Shown one piece after another: positions 1 through 15,215 of a stretch of 64,000 nucleotides of DNA. Where the stretch lies: assembly GCF_009914755.1 (NCBI RefSeq), contig NC_060926.1; one strand, written 5' to 3'. Source of the stretch: the human T2T-CHM13v2.0 reference genome, Homo sapiens. Both the position numbers and the translations under genes were made by a program. The number at the start of each line of letters is the position of its first letter. The stretch's first letter is position 1. The notes under the pieces are model-generated. The model was given only the letters and a program-made list of their open reading frames with translations, did not search any database and had not been told where the DNA came from.

Positions 1-204
1 GCTTACACTGATTGTACTCTTTGTGAGCGTCATGAAAACATCTATTATGACACAGATTGCATCTATGTGTCACAGCAGCTAGCATTACCTTAACTAAATC
101 AACTACATAGTTAAAAGCAATGATCATACACTTAAAAAGGGTATCACAATTCCACCTATACTTTTATCTGTAATTCCGTGATAGTACTTTGACATTTGTA
201 TTAT

Positions 205-1120
205 ACAAATACACTAATTATCAGAGAAATGCAAATCGAAACCACAAGGAGCTATCATCTCACATCTGTTAGAGTGGCTATTATCAGAAAGACAAAAGAT
301 AAGTGTTGGCAAAAGGAATCCTTATACACTGTTAGTGGGAATGTAAATAAATACAGTCATTATGAAAAAAAGTATAGAGTTTCTACAGAAGTTAAAAACA
401 GAACTACCTCATAAATCAACAATCCCACTTCTAGATATATATCTCAGAGAGTTATCTGCACCACCCATTTTCACTGCAGCATTATTCATAATAGCCAAGA
501 CCTAGAAGCAACCTAAATGCCTATTGTCAGATGAATGAATAAAGAAAATATGATAGAATGGATATACAACATTTTTATATGTTGGAATGTTATACATTTT
601 TTATACAATGGAATATTATTCAGCCTTATGAAAGAAGGCAATCCTGCCATTTATGAAAGCATAGATGAACCTGGAAGACATGATTCCAAATGAAGTAAGC
701 CAGATTCAGAAAGGCAAATGTTGCATAATATTGTGCTTATATGTGGAATCCAAAATGGTCAAGCTCATAGAGACAGAGAATAGTATAGTGGTTACCAGGA
801 TCTGGGGGGAAGGCGAAATGAAGAGATATTGGTCAAGGGATGCAAGCTTCAGTTACACAAGACTAAGTAGTTCTGAAGATTTAATATATAACAATGTGGG
901 GTAGATCTTAAGTGATGTTACCATAAAAAAAAAAAAGAAAAAAGAATGGAACAGATAGACCAGAATAGAAAAAGTAAAGTGTGGTAACTATCTGAGGTTA
1001 TGAATATGTTAATTTGTTTGTGGTGATTATTTCACAATGTATATGTATATCAAATCATCAACTTGTGCATTTTAAATATATATAATTTCTCAGTATTAAA
1101 TATACCTAATAAAACATTTT
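205..1120 (+). mobile_element. LINE-1 (L1MA-type) 3' fragment: ORF2 end and 3'UTR
   Basis: 'atcagagaaatgcaaatcgaaaccacaagg..catctcac' and 'gatgaacctggaagacatg' match the L1 ORF2 C-terminus and 3'UTR; ORF 196-414 is an ORF2p remnant (IIREMQIETT..YHLT). Confidence 0.85.
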
Positions 1121-1498
1121 TAAGAAAGAAAGAGGTCTGAGGAAAATTACTCTAAATAATTTCATCTGTCTACTAGGCTACACAGCTGATATATTAGTTT
1201 GCAATACTTAACATTGAAAGAGGGATCAGACACATACATATAATCCAAAGTCAAAGAATATAAGCCAAGGGATCAGAGGATAAATTTATATCCTCTGATT
1301 TTTAAAATAAAATTTAAACTTTTAATTTTTTAAATTTTATTTTTGTTTTCTTTCATTCTATTTCCTTTATACCAAAGTTAAAATAAAAAGTAGTCCAATG
1401 GACATTTGGACATCTGTAGGAAAGCGCTGGTATAATTTCCTGAAGAAAAAAGTAAGGTCTAAACTGAACTCGTTTCAGAACTGAAAAATAAACTGTCA

Positions 1499-1805
<307 letters not shown>

Positions 1806-2062
1806 AATAAACTATCAGTCATTAACAAGAGTTTTATATTGAGAAGTGCTTTAAAAGTTACTAAAAACACTCTTTTCTATATGAGAAGGATAGGCTGACA
1901 TTTTAGTCCTATTTGAAAAAAAAATTAGAAATTCTAGCAAAGGGAAAAACATTGTGTCTCTCCATAAATTGGCATATCAAAAACACCTTTTAGAGTTTCC
2001 CAGCCTTCTGCATGACAAGAAATGATTGAAGTACAAACCGATTTGAACCCTTGCATTTCCAG

Positions 2063-2099
2063 GGAATTTGGGGACACTATTCTAATAAACACTTATATG
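2063..2099 (+). CDS. candidate 37-nt internal exon (GIWGHYSNKHLY or EFGDTILINTYM)
   Basis: ttgcatttccag|...ATG|gtgagt; good acceptor and donor, two open frames, unique sequence; gene not recognised. Confidence 0.35.
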
Positions 2100-3028
2100 G
2101 TGAGTTGCTGGCAGGTCAGCCTAATTCAGCCATTAGTTTTGAGTATTCCAGGTACTTAGAAAGAAAAGTATGGTTGAAATGGTCCATAATATTGCTAACC
2201 TAAGACATTTTTTCCTTATTTTCTGCTAAAAAGCAGTACTAATTAGAAGACTCACATTGGCCTTGCACTATGTAATCATGGTTTTCAACACAAATCTAGG
2301 AAATTGAGTTTCTGAAAATAGAATAACAGAATGATGCCTTCTGTTCACATAGATAATGGTCACTGGAATGATTTTCCAAGTAACAATTTTGATGAAAAGT
2401 ATTGAATTGCACCCAAACTATCTTAAAAAATTCATTTGCCACAATATAAGGTGATATTATTGTGATGATAGCCCCAAAATAAGGAGTATGTGGTAAAAAA
2501 AAACAGAAAAAAAATCAGAATGTAAGATATTAATATGGACACTTTCAGAAGGTAGAAACTGGAATGTAATACATTAAAATTGCATGGATTTAAATGCACC
2601 AGATCTAATTTAGACATGGAAAAGACAATATTGTATCTGAATAGCAAAGTTACTGTTATTTCTGCTAACCAGGGCTACCACTTTTTCTGTTTCTGAAGTG
2701 AAAGGGAGGGAAGGTGAGTATATAGTAGTTAGAACATATTTATTCAGTATTCACAAGAAGTAAAATGCCAGGAGAGGTTTTGAAGAAGAAAGATACTTTA
2801 CGAAAGGAAGTAGCTGGTTCTAGATTCTTGATGATATCAACACCAATTATCTAAATAATGAATTTTAGTAAAATTCAATAAAAACATTTATGGACACTTT
2901 TTACATGCATGTGACTTTGTGTAAGTCACTTGGGCTATTTGAACCTTGACTTTCCTATCTGTTGAAGGGGAAAATAATGGATAATTTACATAAGTATAGG
3001 AGAGAATACAGGTACATTTTCCAAAATA

Positions 3029-3225
3029 CTTTTTTTTTTGAGACAGGTTCTAACTGTCGCCCAGGCTGGAGTGCAGTGGTGCCATCTCAGCTCACTACAA
3101 TCTCTGCCTCCCAGGCTCAGGCAATCCTCCCAACTCAACCTCCTGAGTAGCTGCGACCACAGGTGCCTGCCACCATGCCCAGCTTATATTTTGTTTTGTT
3201 TAATAGAGATGGGGTTTCACCATGT
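3029..3225 (-). mobile_element. truncated Alu (J-like)
   Basis: poly-T then gagacagg...cccaggctggagtgcagtgg. Confidence 0.85.
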
Positions 3226-3284
3226 AGATTTCTTTTTGGAGTATAGTGCCCAAACTTCATAGATATATATATCTCTCAAAATAA

Positions 3285-3884
<600 letters not shown>

Positions 3885-5647
3885 TAAAATTTTAACAAAA
3901 TGATGTGTGGGAAAAATCTCAAATTATCTTCCGAATACAACTGTGAGACCATTAGAATTACATGCAGACACTTTGAAAGCCAGCCAAATATCAAACAAAG
4001 GGAATATGCAGTATGTTTTCACACACATAAACAAATATATGAAAACAAATATATTTATTAGTTATCAATAATTTATGGTTTAATAATTTTGCTTGTGTGT
4101 TACACATAGACAATTTACTTTGTCTTATTTACCTTTTAGAAGATTGACTGGGAGCTCTGAGTTGACAAAAAATACATTAAATTATTTCACATTATAAAAA
4201 AAGAGGAAATAATTTTCCAGTTAGTATTTTGTGCAGATTTTCGTGTGTCACTGTCATCAAGCAGGTGATGCTATGCCTATATATTCAAAATACATTATAG
4301 AATTTTAGAGATGGCATGCAATCAAAATAGTAGGAGGTCAAAATACACAAGGACTCTTAAAGCAAACCATGACAAAAAAGAGAAAACGGATCTTTCATCA
4401 CTATTTTGGAGAATGTTGTTGCTGAGCATAATATGATAGAATATTCACCTCCCAGAACTGTCATTAAAAGAAATCCAAGCTCAGAATTACATTTAATAAT
4501 AAAATATGCATATTTAAAGTCTATTTTGTCAAGAAACTATTTTTGATATCATTATAATGGATGTGTATAATGTGCAAACATGCTCTTTTCATGTCTGGAA
4601 ATAGATTGTGCTCATGAAGAGCTGCACATTTTTAAGACTATGGAATCTGTTGCCAATTTTTATTAGTATTGTGCATCTCCTATGAGTGCTAGTCATCATA
4701 TCAATAAACTAAACTCTCCCTTAGAACCATACAGTACTAAAAAACAGCTAAATATAGTAAGTTAAATAGAGACTCTGAGGCTACAACTGAATGGAAGTGG
4801 GTTTTTATTTTTGTAGAGATGTTCAAGATAACACTATCATTTATGTTTTAACAGCATTCACTTATTTCTGATTGCCTGAAGAAACATTTTGTGATATTTA
4901 ATTCATTGTGATATTAAATAATATTGGTATTATGGAAATGTGATTAAGTTTTTAGTTATGCTATATAACATTAATTTCTAATTATTTTAAATAATAATCA
5001 CATTTTCCTCACTGTAAAAAATGACATTATTTACTTAAAACCCTTTTGAAAATAGTGTGAAGAAACGCAGGTTGAAAAATAACGAATACTCTCAAGAGGT
5101 AAAAGATTATAAAGAGTCAGTTGTAGTAAGAACTCCAATATTTTTAACACCCAAGGTTGTGTAGTTTTCATGCTCAGTTTTCTCTACTCTGTCCTTTGAC
5201 ATATTTATTTTCATATTGCAAATTAGCCATTTGGAAATAATAAATATACAGTATAGAATTTTAGAGATGGCATGCGATCAAGTTATAAATTTTAATCATC
5301 TCTATATTCCCAGGATGTATTCAGATCCCCAGAGTAGGCATCCAAAGCATGTCTGTGGGTAAATGTATTAACTAATAAACCTAGTCAAGTGTTTCCCAAC
5401 CTCTTTCATGCCATGGGAAACAGGGAAAAAAGATCATTTTACATAGCAATATTGGATAAATATGGGAGGACACTCATGACCAGAGGTCAGTGGTCCAGAC
5501 CCTGTCCTGCTGCCTCGAGGGCTGAAACCATCAATACCTTGACACACCTGAAACTCATTGGCATGACAAGTAGAAAACACATCTGCTCTTTGTACAAAGC
5601 TATTTTATGGGTCAGGTGGAAATTGGAAGCTGGGAAACCAGTATCAC

Positions 5648-5774
5648 CTTGATTCATGTTGAAATAAAGGAAGAGTGAATCATCTGCGTCAACTAGGGCA
5701 GATGTTTCATCATGTCCAGCAAAGATTCTGCATTCCTGTCCTTCCAAGCAGCTTACACATGTGAGATGGAGAGC
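5648..5774 (-). CDS. candidate 127-nt exon (ALHLTCVSCLEGQECRIFAGHDETSALVDADDSLFLYFNMNQ)
   Basis: minus strand ctgctatttcag|...CAAG|gtgata; one open frame, phase-compatible with 6474-6560 and 7-41. Confidence 0.25.
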
Positions 5775-6473
5775 CTGAAATAGCAGTAAGCATCCATGGT
5801 TTGCAGTGGGCTTCTGATATGGAGCTATGATAACTTCTACAATCACCTGGTACCTATATATTCCTTTTATAAATCAATGGTTTTGTAAATGAAACCAATG
5901 TTATTAAATATTTGTGTAACTCCAACAAATGTGTATATGTGTGATACATTCAGTTTATATATAAGAGAACAAGATCGGAGTAATTGAATGATTTATACAA
6001 ACTTCTCTAGCTATTTAGTAGCAGAAGAGGGACTGAAAGCCAAGTCTTCTGAACCCCAGCTGCAGAGATCCATTGGAAGACACGCATATCAGTTATCCAG
6101 AAAAAAAATAATGCCACTTCCAAAAGAGTTTAAAGCTCTAAAGCCTAGCTCTTAATTTGTTCTAAAGAAAATTTTATCACAAACATTAGGATACGGTGTA
6201 TTTTTTAAACAAGTAATTAGTATTTTCAAAGTTGCATCCTTGTGTTGTTTTCCTGTAAAAAAGACTCTTACTTATACCCAAATATATATGCAGCAATAAC
6301 ATTAAGTCAGAAATATTTTTGGGACTTACTTGTGGCTACCTATTTCCTTTGATGCTTCAGTATCCTAGGAGGATCTGGTTACTGATTGGCTTTTGCGTAT
6401 CTATTTTAACCCTAGATATTAGATGACATTCAACTCACACCCCACCACTATTTTGAAAACCTTATATACTTAC

Positions 6474-6560
6474 CCAGATTAGATAATTCATTCTGTGCCC
6501 CATGACTTTGTTACTGCTAAATTTTGGATTCTAACTGGCTATACAAAGGAAAGAAAGGCC
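6474..6560 (-). other. candidate 87-nt exon, possibly carrying a start codon (ATG at 6503, MGHRMNYLIW)
   Basis: minus strand tttttttttttcccactctcttag|...TGG|gtaagt; ATG in gtcATGg Kozak context; stops in all frames upstream of the ATG. Confidence 0.35.
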
Positions 6561-9500
6561 CTAAGAGAGTGGGAAAAAAAAAAATCACTTTTGGAATGCC
6601 AAGCAGCATTGGTGCCTTTTATCTTGTATCCTTTTCACTCCATTAAGGATAAAACATCTCTTTAGGGTCATAATATTGGACTGAAATATCTTATGTTCTC
6701 ATTGGAATATTTTTGTCCAATTATCAGAAACATCACTTTATCAGCAAAATAAGCACCCCTCACCCTGCCACCCTGTCCCCGGTTAATATTCATCTAACTC
6801 TATTGATGAACAAGTCCTAAGTCACTAGTACCCTAAAATGACTTTTAACATAGGGGTGTTTCCTTACTATGTTAACATTTAAATAACTCACTTCCTTAAT
6901 ACAATCATCAAAGACAAAAATCAACCCCAGAAATGCTGCCAAGTTTGCTGACTAATTGTGAATTATGTGTGCATGTAAGGAGTAGAGCACTTACATAACA
7001 GGAGCTAATCTGTCAACAGTAACATCAGAATATTGTGGCAAAGGTGGGAATAAAGTGAATATGAACTAATTGATGAGGGGAAAATAAATTCATTAAGTGG
7101 AACATCCTGAACAAGCAAAGTTCTGACTCTTGTTGCAAAAGAGAATTTCCTAATTCTCACACTACACCCTTCTCCCTGTGTCAGTAGTAATCAGATAGGA
7201 GTAGATATTTCAAGGAGTTAATAGAGTATTTTATATTCAATACTGAATTCAACGTGCAATATTTTGGACATCTTCTATGCATTTCAGAAGCTATTAAAGA
7301 AAACAGACAAAGGAGTGACATTAGCAAGATAGCAAAATAGAAGAATTCTACTCCCATATCCCATCTATGAACAAGAGTGCCTTTATGGAAGTTTGAGAGT
7401 CCAGCGGAGAAGTTCTAAGACAATATTAGATCATAAAATCCAAGAATAGACTCATTGAAGGGAGTAAAAGAACACTTCCATTTTACCTAAACCACCCATT
7501 TCTCAAGGTGGCACATCTCAGTGCCAAGAGAAGTCCCCTTGGCCAGCAATTTCTCCCACTGGAGAAAATAAGAACATAGGGAGTGAGCACTGGGTCCCTG
7601 AGCTGTGCAGGATGCTACCCAAGCAGCCCAAATTTTTCTTATCCCATCAGAATACTGATGTAATTGTCGTGACTGAGAGATTGGGAAAGCTGGGAGGTGG
7701 AAATAGAGGCCACAGAACCTACTAACTACTCCAAGGACTTCATCAAAAAGCCTGCCCAAAAGCTGCTTGGGATGCCTGGCTGGTGAACTCTCCTCAACTG
7801 GCCCATGGACATTCAAATTACTTTAGGTACCTCACTCCACCCAATGCTGGGCCAGCTCCCCTAGTGTGCCTTCATGGACAGCAAATGCAATCATCTTGCA
7901 TAGACCACTAGCTCAACTATTCAGGATTGGGAGAAGGTACAAATGAACATTTCAGGGCACTATCTTAGGGAAAACAAACAACAGGCTCTCAGCATTTGAC
8001 CTGGCTTTTCAGGATCAAAAGAAAGTATACAATCTTAAGAGTTCCTTTGAGAGAAGGAAACTTAAAAAAAGTGGGCACATCTATAAAAAAGGTCTAAGAG
8101 AGCCTCAGAATTACTAGATGGCCTGTGTAGTGAAAATGTTTCTCTCCTTAAGATAGTCAGTAAAGAACTAAATTCTTTAATTCTGAAAACGAAAGCACAA
8201 CACTTCAAAAAACACACAAAAAATGTAAATATGACACCCAAAGGAACACAGTAATATTCCAGTAACCAACCCCAAAGAAATGGAAATCTGTGGATTGTAT
8301 GAGAAGAGTTCAATAAAATTTTTTAAGGAAGCTCAGCAAGCTAAAAGAAAACACAGATAGAAAACAGCAAAATCAGAAAAAAATACAAAACAAAAGAGCA
8401 AGTTCAATAAATAGATAGAAATATAAAAAATGAACCAATCAGAAATTCTAGAACTGAAGAACAATGAATGAAATTTTAAAAATTCAAGAGAAAGTGCCAA
8501 CAGTAGATTTTATCAATCAAAAGAAGGAATCCGTGTACTCAGAGATAAGTAATATGAAAATATTAAGTTAAGTGAGAAAAAAGATAAAATAATGAAAAGA
8601 AATGAAGAAAGCCTATGGGATGTATGTGACACTATCATTAGAGCTGACTTTCTCATCATATGATAGCCAGGAGAAGAAAGACAAAAGAGGAGAAAGCTTA
8701 TTTAAATAAATATGGCTAAAATATTCCCAAATGTGGGGAGAGCTATCAACATGCACGTACCTGAAGCTCGAAACCCTCCAATTTCAATCCAAAAGAGATT
8801 TCACCAAAACATATTACAATCAAATTGTCAAAAGTCAAAGACAGAAAGAATTTGGAAAGCATCAAGAGAGAAGAAGTTGCTCACATACAAGGGAAACTCC
8901 ACAAAGCTATTAGAAGATTTGTCAGCAGAATTTTTTTCAGGCCAGAGTGATGATGTATTCAAAGTGCTGAAAGAGAAAAGCTGCTAACCAAGTACACTTT
9001 ACCTGGAAAAACTGTCCTTCAGAAATGAAGAAGAGATAAATAATTTCCTTATAAAACAAAAGCTAACAGAGTTCATCACCATTAGATTTGCCTTATAGGA
9101 AAAAAAGGGAGTTGTTCAAGCTGAAATGAAAAGATGTTAATCAGTAACATGAAAGCATATGAAAATATAATACTCACTGGTTAAATAAAAATATAGTTAA
9201 ATTCAGAATACTCTAATGCTGTAGTGGTAGCATGTAAATAACTTATATCTCTAGTGTAGAGGTTAAAGATAAAAAATTTAAAAATAACTATGATAATTTG
9301 TTAAAGGATATACAATATAAAAATGATGTAAATTGTGACTTTGAAAACATATAATACATGAGAGGAAAGTAAAGTTTAGAGTTTTCATATATGACTGAAG
9401 TTAAGTTGTTATTAGCTTAAAATAGATTGTTGTAACTACAGTCTGTCTTAGGTAAGCCTCATGGTGACCACTGAGCAAAAACCTATAATAGATACACAAA

Positions 9501-11757
9501 CGATGAGAAATAAATCAAAGTATACCATCACAGAAAAATTATCCAATCACAAAAGAAGACATCAAGAGAGGAAGAAAGAAACAAAATATCTATAAGGCAG
9601 CCAGAAAACAATGAACAAAATGGCAATAGTAAGTTCTTAATTGTCAATAATTACCTTTAATGTAAACGGATTAAGTTTTGCAATTACAAGAGACAGAGTG
9701 GCTGAATGAATTAACAATTTTAAAAGGACCCAACTATATGCTGCCAATAAGACACTCTTCCAGCTTTAAGGACGCATATAAATTGAAGGAATGGAAAAAT
9801 ACATTCAATGCAAATAGAAACCAAAAGAGAAGAGGTAGGTATACTTACATCAGAAAAATAGACACTAAGTCAAAACTGAGGAAATGAAAAGAAAGTCATT
9901 ATATAATGATAAAGGGGTCAATTGATCAATAAGAAGTCAAAAGAGAAAATTAAAAACATTTTTGAGACAAATAAGAATGGAAAAACAACATATCAAATCT
10001 CATAGGATGCAGCAAAAGGGGAAAGTTTATTGGATAAATACCTACATAGATAAAACAAAACAAAACAAAAAGCTTTCAAATAACCTAACTTTACGCCTAA
10101 AGCAAATAAAAACAAAAAAGAAAAAACTATGCCTAAAATTAGCAGAAGGAAGTAAGTAGCAAAGATTGGAGCGGAAATAAATGGAATAGACAATAGATAA
10201 ACAACAGAAAAATTCATGAAACTTAAGATGGTTTTTGAAAAAATAAAATTGATCAACCTTTAGTTAGGTTAATTAAGAAAAAAAGAGAGATGACACAAAT
10301 AGATAAAATCAGAAAGAAGAGACATTACAACTGACACCACAGAAATACAAAGGATCATAAGAGGACTAGCTGGCAGTGAAATTTCAACAAATTGGATACC
10401 CTAGAAGAAATTGATAAATTCCTGGAAACACAAAACTACCAACTTAAATCATGAAGACGCAGAAAATCTGAACAGACCAATAATGAATAAGGAGACAAAA
10501 TTAGTAATTAAATGTCTCCCACCAAAGAAAAGTCCAGGAACTGATGTCTTCACTGGTGAATTCTACCAAATATTTTTTAAAGAATTAATAGAAGTCTTTC
10601 TCAAACTCCTTTTTTCCAAAAAACAGAAGAGGAAGGAACACTTCAAAACTGGTTTTACAAGGCCAGTATTACCCCAATACCAAAGCCAAGCAAAGCACAA
10701 GCAAAGAACACAAGCAAAGCACATTAAAGGGCAATATTCCTGGTGAACATAATTGCATTGTGTTGCACCTCAACACAATACCAGCATACCAATTCGGCAG
10801 CACATTAAAAGGATCATACACTGTAATAAAGTGAAATTTATCCCTAAACAAAGAAATCAATGTGATAAACTATATTAACAGATCAAAGGACAAATATATA
10901 ATGATCTCATTAGATACAGAAAAAGGTCAAGAACCTCTCATGATAAAAACTCATGAAATATTAGCTATAGCAGGACTAGACCTCAACACAAAAAAGTCAT
11001 ATGTCATAAGCCCACAGCTGACATTGCATTCAATGGTGAAAAGTTGAACGTTGGTTTTTTTTTTTAATCAGGAAAAAAGGCAAAAATGACCACGTTTGCC
11101 ATCTCTATTCAGCGTAGTACTGGAAGTCTTATCCAGAGCAATAAGGCAAGAGAAAAAAATAAAAAGCATCCAAATAGAAAAGGGAAAAGTAAAATTGTCT
11201 GTATTTGCAGGTGACATAATCTTATACATAGAAAAACTCAAAGCCTCCACCCAAAAACTGTTAGAACTAATTTTTTAAAAATCAGTAAAGTCGCAGGTAC
11301 AAAATCAGCATAACATCGGTGGCATTTCTACACACTAAAAATAAACTATCTGAAAAAAATTAAGAAAATCTCATTTGTGATAGCATCGAAAAGAATAAAA
11401 TACTTAGGAATAAATTTAACCAAGGAGATGAAAGATTTGTACACTAAAAGCTATAGAACATCAGTGAAAGAAACTGAAGACACAGATAAATGAAAAGATA
11501 TTCTGCATTCATGGGTCAGAATAATCAATAGTGTTAAATTGTCCATACTAAAAGTGAGTTGCTGATTCAACCCAATTCTTATCAAAATTCCAATGGCACT
11601 TTTCACAGAACTAGAAAAAAAAATCTAAAATTTGCATGGAACCACAAACGATCCCAAAAACTAAAGCAAACTTGAGCAAGATGAGCACAACTGGAGATGG
11701 GATACTTTCTGATGACAAATTGTATTACAAAGGTACAGTAATCAAATGAGTATGGCA

Positions 11758-12023
11758 CTGAGATGGAAGGATCACCTTCAGCCCAGAGGTTCAAGATCAG
11801 CCTGGGCAACAAAGTGAGACCTCATCTCTACATAAAATTTAAAAGAAAGTAGCTGGGTGTGGTGGCCCATGCCTGTAGTCCCATTTACTCAGGAAGCTGA
11901 GGCAGGAGAATCCTTTGAGCCCAAGAGTTCAAGGCTGCAGTGACAAATGATCAGGCCACTGTACTCCAGCCTGGGTACCAGCCTGGGTAACAGGGTGAGA
12001 TCCTGCCCCTCCAACAAAAAAAG
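11758..12023 (+). mobile_element. 5'-truncated AluJ nested in L1
   Basis: gaggttcaagatcagcctgggcaac...gaggcaggagaatcctttgagccc. Confidence 0.85.
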
Positions 12024-12055
12024 AGTATAAAACAGGGCATAAAACAGACACATAG

Positions 12056-12540
<485 letters not shown>

Positions 12541-13729
12541 TTATCTTACACCATATCCAAAACTCAACTCAAAATGGATTAAAGACTTAAACATAAGATC
12601 TGAAACCGTAAAAGTCCTTGAAGAAAACAGGTGAAAAGCTCCATGACACTGGTCTTGGCAATGATTTTTTGGATATGATACCAAAAGCACAGGCAACAAA
12701 AGCAAAAATAAATGGTGCTACAATAAATTAAAATGTTTCTGCACAGCAAAAGAGACAATCAACAAAATGAAAAGGCAACTTTCACAATAGGAGAAAATAT
12801 TTGCAAACCATTTATCCTATAAGGATTTAATATTCAAAATATACAAGGAAGTCATGCAACTCAATAGTAAAACATAAAAAATAAAACACAAAATAACCCT
12901 GTTAAAAAATGGCCAAAGGCCTTGGATAGACATTTTTTTCAAAGGCAACATACAGGTGGCCAACAGGTATATGAAAAGATGAACACACCAGTAATCATCA
13001 AGAAAATGCAAATCAAACCACAATGAATGAGATATCACCTCACGCTAGTAAGAATGGCTATTATCAAAAAAATCAAAAGATAAAATGTTGGCAAGGATGT
13101 GGAGAAAGGGAAATTTTATATATTGTTGGTAGGAATGTAAATTGGTACACCTATTAAGGAAAATAGTACAAAGATTCCTCCAAAAATTAAAAATGGAATT
13201 ATTTAATCTCACTGCTGGATACATATCCAAAGGAAATGAAATCAGGATCTTGAAGAGATATCTACACCCCCATGTTCACTGCAGCATTATTCACAATAGC
13301 CAAGTTATGGAAACAACCTATGTGCCCATAGACAGATGAATGGATGAAGAGTATGAGTCATATACACACAATGCGTATTATTCAGTCTTAAAAAGGAAGA
13401 AAATCCGGCCATTTGTCGCAACATAGATGAACCTGGACGACATCATGCGAAGTGTTTTCTGTTTCTGTTTCTGAAACAGAAAACAAACACTGTATGATCT
13501 CACTTACATGTGGAATCTAGAAAGGTTAGACTCTTAGACACAGAAAGTAGAAAGGTGGTTACCAACAGTTAGGAGGAAAAGGGGAGATGTTGATCAAAGG
13601 GTGACAAACTCACAGTTACAGGATTAATAAGAACTGGAAACCTAAAGTCCAGCATGGTAACTATAATTAAAAAAGTAATGTATTATATTCTTGAAATTTA
13701 CTAAAAGAGTAGATCTTAAGTATTCTCAT

Positions 13730-13760
<31 letters not shown>

Positions 13761-13761
13761 A
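13730..13761. repeat. (CA)n microsatellite
   Basis: cacacaca run. Confidence 0.95.
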
Positions 13762-13914
13762 CAAAGGTACTTAAGTGAGGTGATATGTTAATTATCTTGG
13801 TTGTGATAATTATATCATTTCACAATGTATACATATATCAAAACATCATGTAGTACACCTTGAATATCTCCTATTTTCATCTGTTATACTTTAATAAGGT
13901 TAAAAAGAGGAAAT

Positions 13915-15100
13915 AGTTTCTGCCCTCAGGGAGTTTGGATCCTAAATATATGACCTGTCAGCTGATGAAGACAAATAAAGTAAGGCAAGGGGATAGAATG
14001 ATGGGTTAAGGTGCACTTTTGGATAGGGTTGCCAAGGAAGACACCATTAAGCCTGTGATGTACGAACAGAGAGCCCCCAATGAACGCCATATAACTCTAG
14101 GGAAAGTGAATTTCAGGCAATGGGAATCAGTACAAAGGACCTGAGAGGAGAAAGCACTGGCTTATTAGTGGGACAAAGAGGAGGTCAATGTAACTGTAGC
14201 ATCGCGAGTGGGAAGAACAGCAGAGCAGCAATGGTGGGGAGGAGAAGGGAGTCCTTATGTAATGCTGGGAAGGGAAGGCCCCTAGATTTTTTTTTTCTAA
14301 GTGTGGTAGAGAGCATTGGAGGGTTATGAGCCAGGCAGTGACACAAGTGCTTTACATTCCAGCAAAATTTTAAAGAAATTTTGCTCAAAATGGGAGCAGA
14401 GAAAGGGCAATAAGTATAGTAGGACACATGTGGGATGAAAAATATTTGTTGAGATAGTAAAGCATGCCTGTTTGCTGATGGAAATGACTTAACAGGAAAA
14501 AATGACTATACTAGAGAGACTGGCAAGTCTGGTGAGCTCTAATCAGTAGGTTGTTGCAGCAAGTCTGAAGCCACAGCATCAGCATCTAGTTGAGGTGTGG
14601 CCTCAACTAGAAACAGGGGCAGTTCATCCACTCTTGCAGAAAAAGGCAAACTATATACAGACATTGGAAAATGAGGAGCTTACTTTTCATTGCTGTATTT
14701 TCTCAGAGAAATAAAAGCAACGTGATCAACTGAGAATGAGCAGAGGAGAGGAAATTTGGGGAGTCTGATGATCAAGGAAAATGTATAAAATAGCTATCTA
14801 GGGGACTGAAATGACCTAGGGGAAGTAGGAAGGCAGCTGGACCACACTGAGAGCCTGCCTCGTGTTGGTGATAAGTTTAAACTGTTACCCACCAGTGTGG
14901 CTGTGGATTGTTTTCCCCCCACATAGGCTGCACAGCTGCAGGGGAAGAAGGAGTAGAAATATGGGTTTAATTGGTTTTAAGGCTTGGGGCAAGAACTTCA
15001 GGAGAAAGGACCAAAGAAACCGATGGTGATTATAATGGCAAATCAGAGAATGTAAGACAGTGAAATGGGGATGCCATGGTGGGATGGCTGATGAAAAGGA
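13915..15100 (-). mobile_element. degraded L2 LINE fragments
   Basis: L2-like purine-rich motifs (tttcaggcaatgggaatcagtacaaaggacctgag; gagagcattggagggttatgagccaggcagtgac). Confidence 0.55.
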
Positions 15101-15215
15101 GTTTGGGTAATGGACTGGAAATCCTGGCACAGTTCAAGTCAACTTGGATCATTCCCTAGAGAGTGGAAAGATGACTTGAATTCTGCACCAGAAAGTTAAT
15201 AATAGGCCTTGAGAA

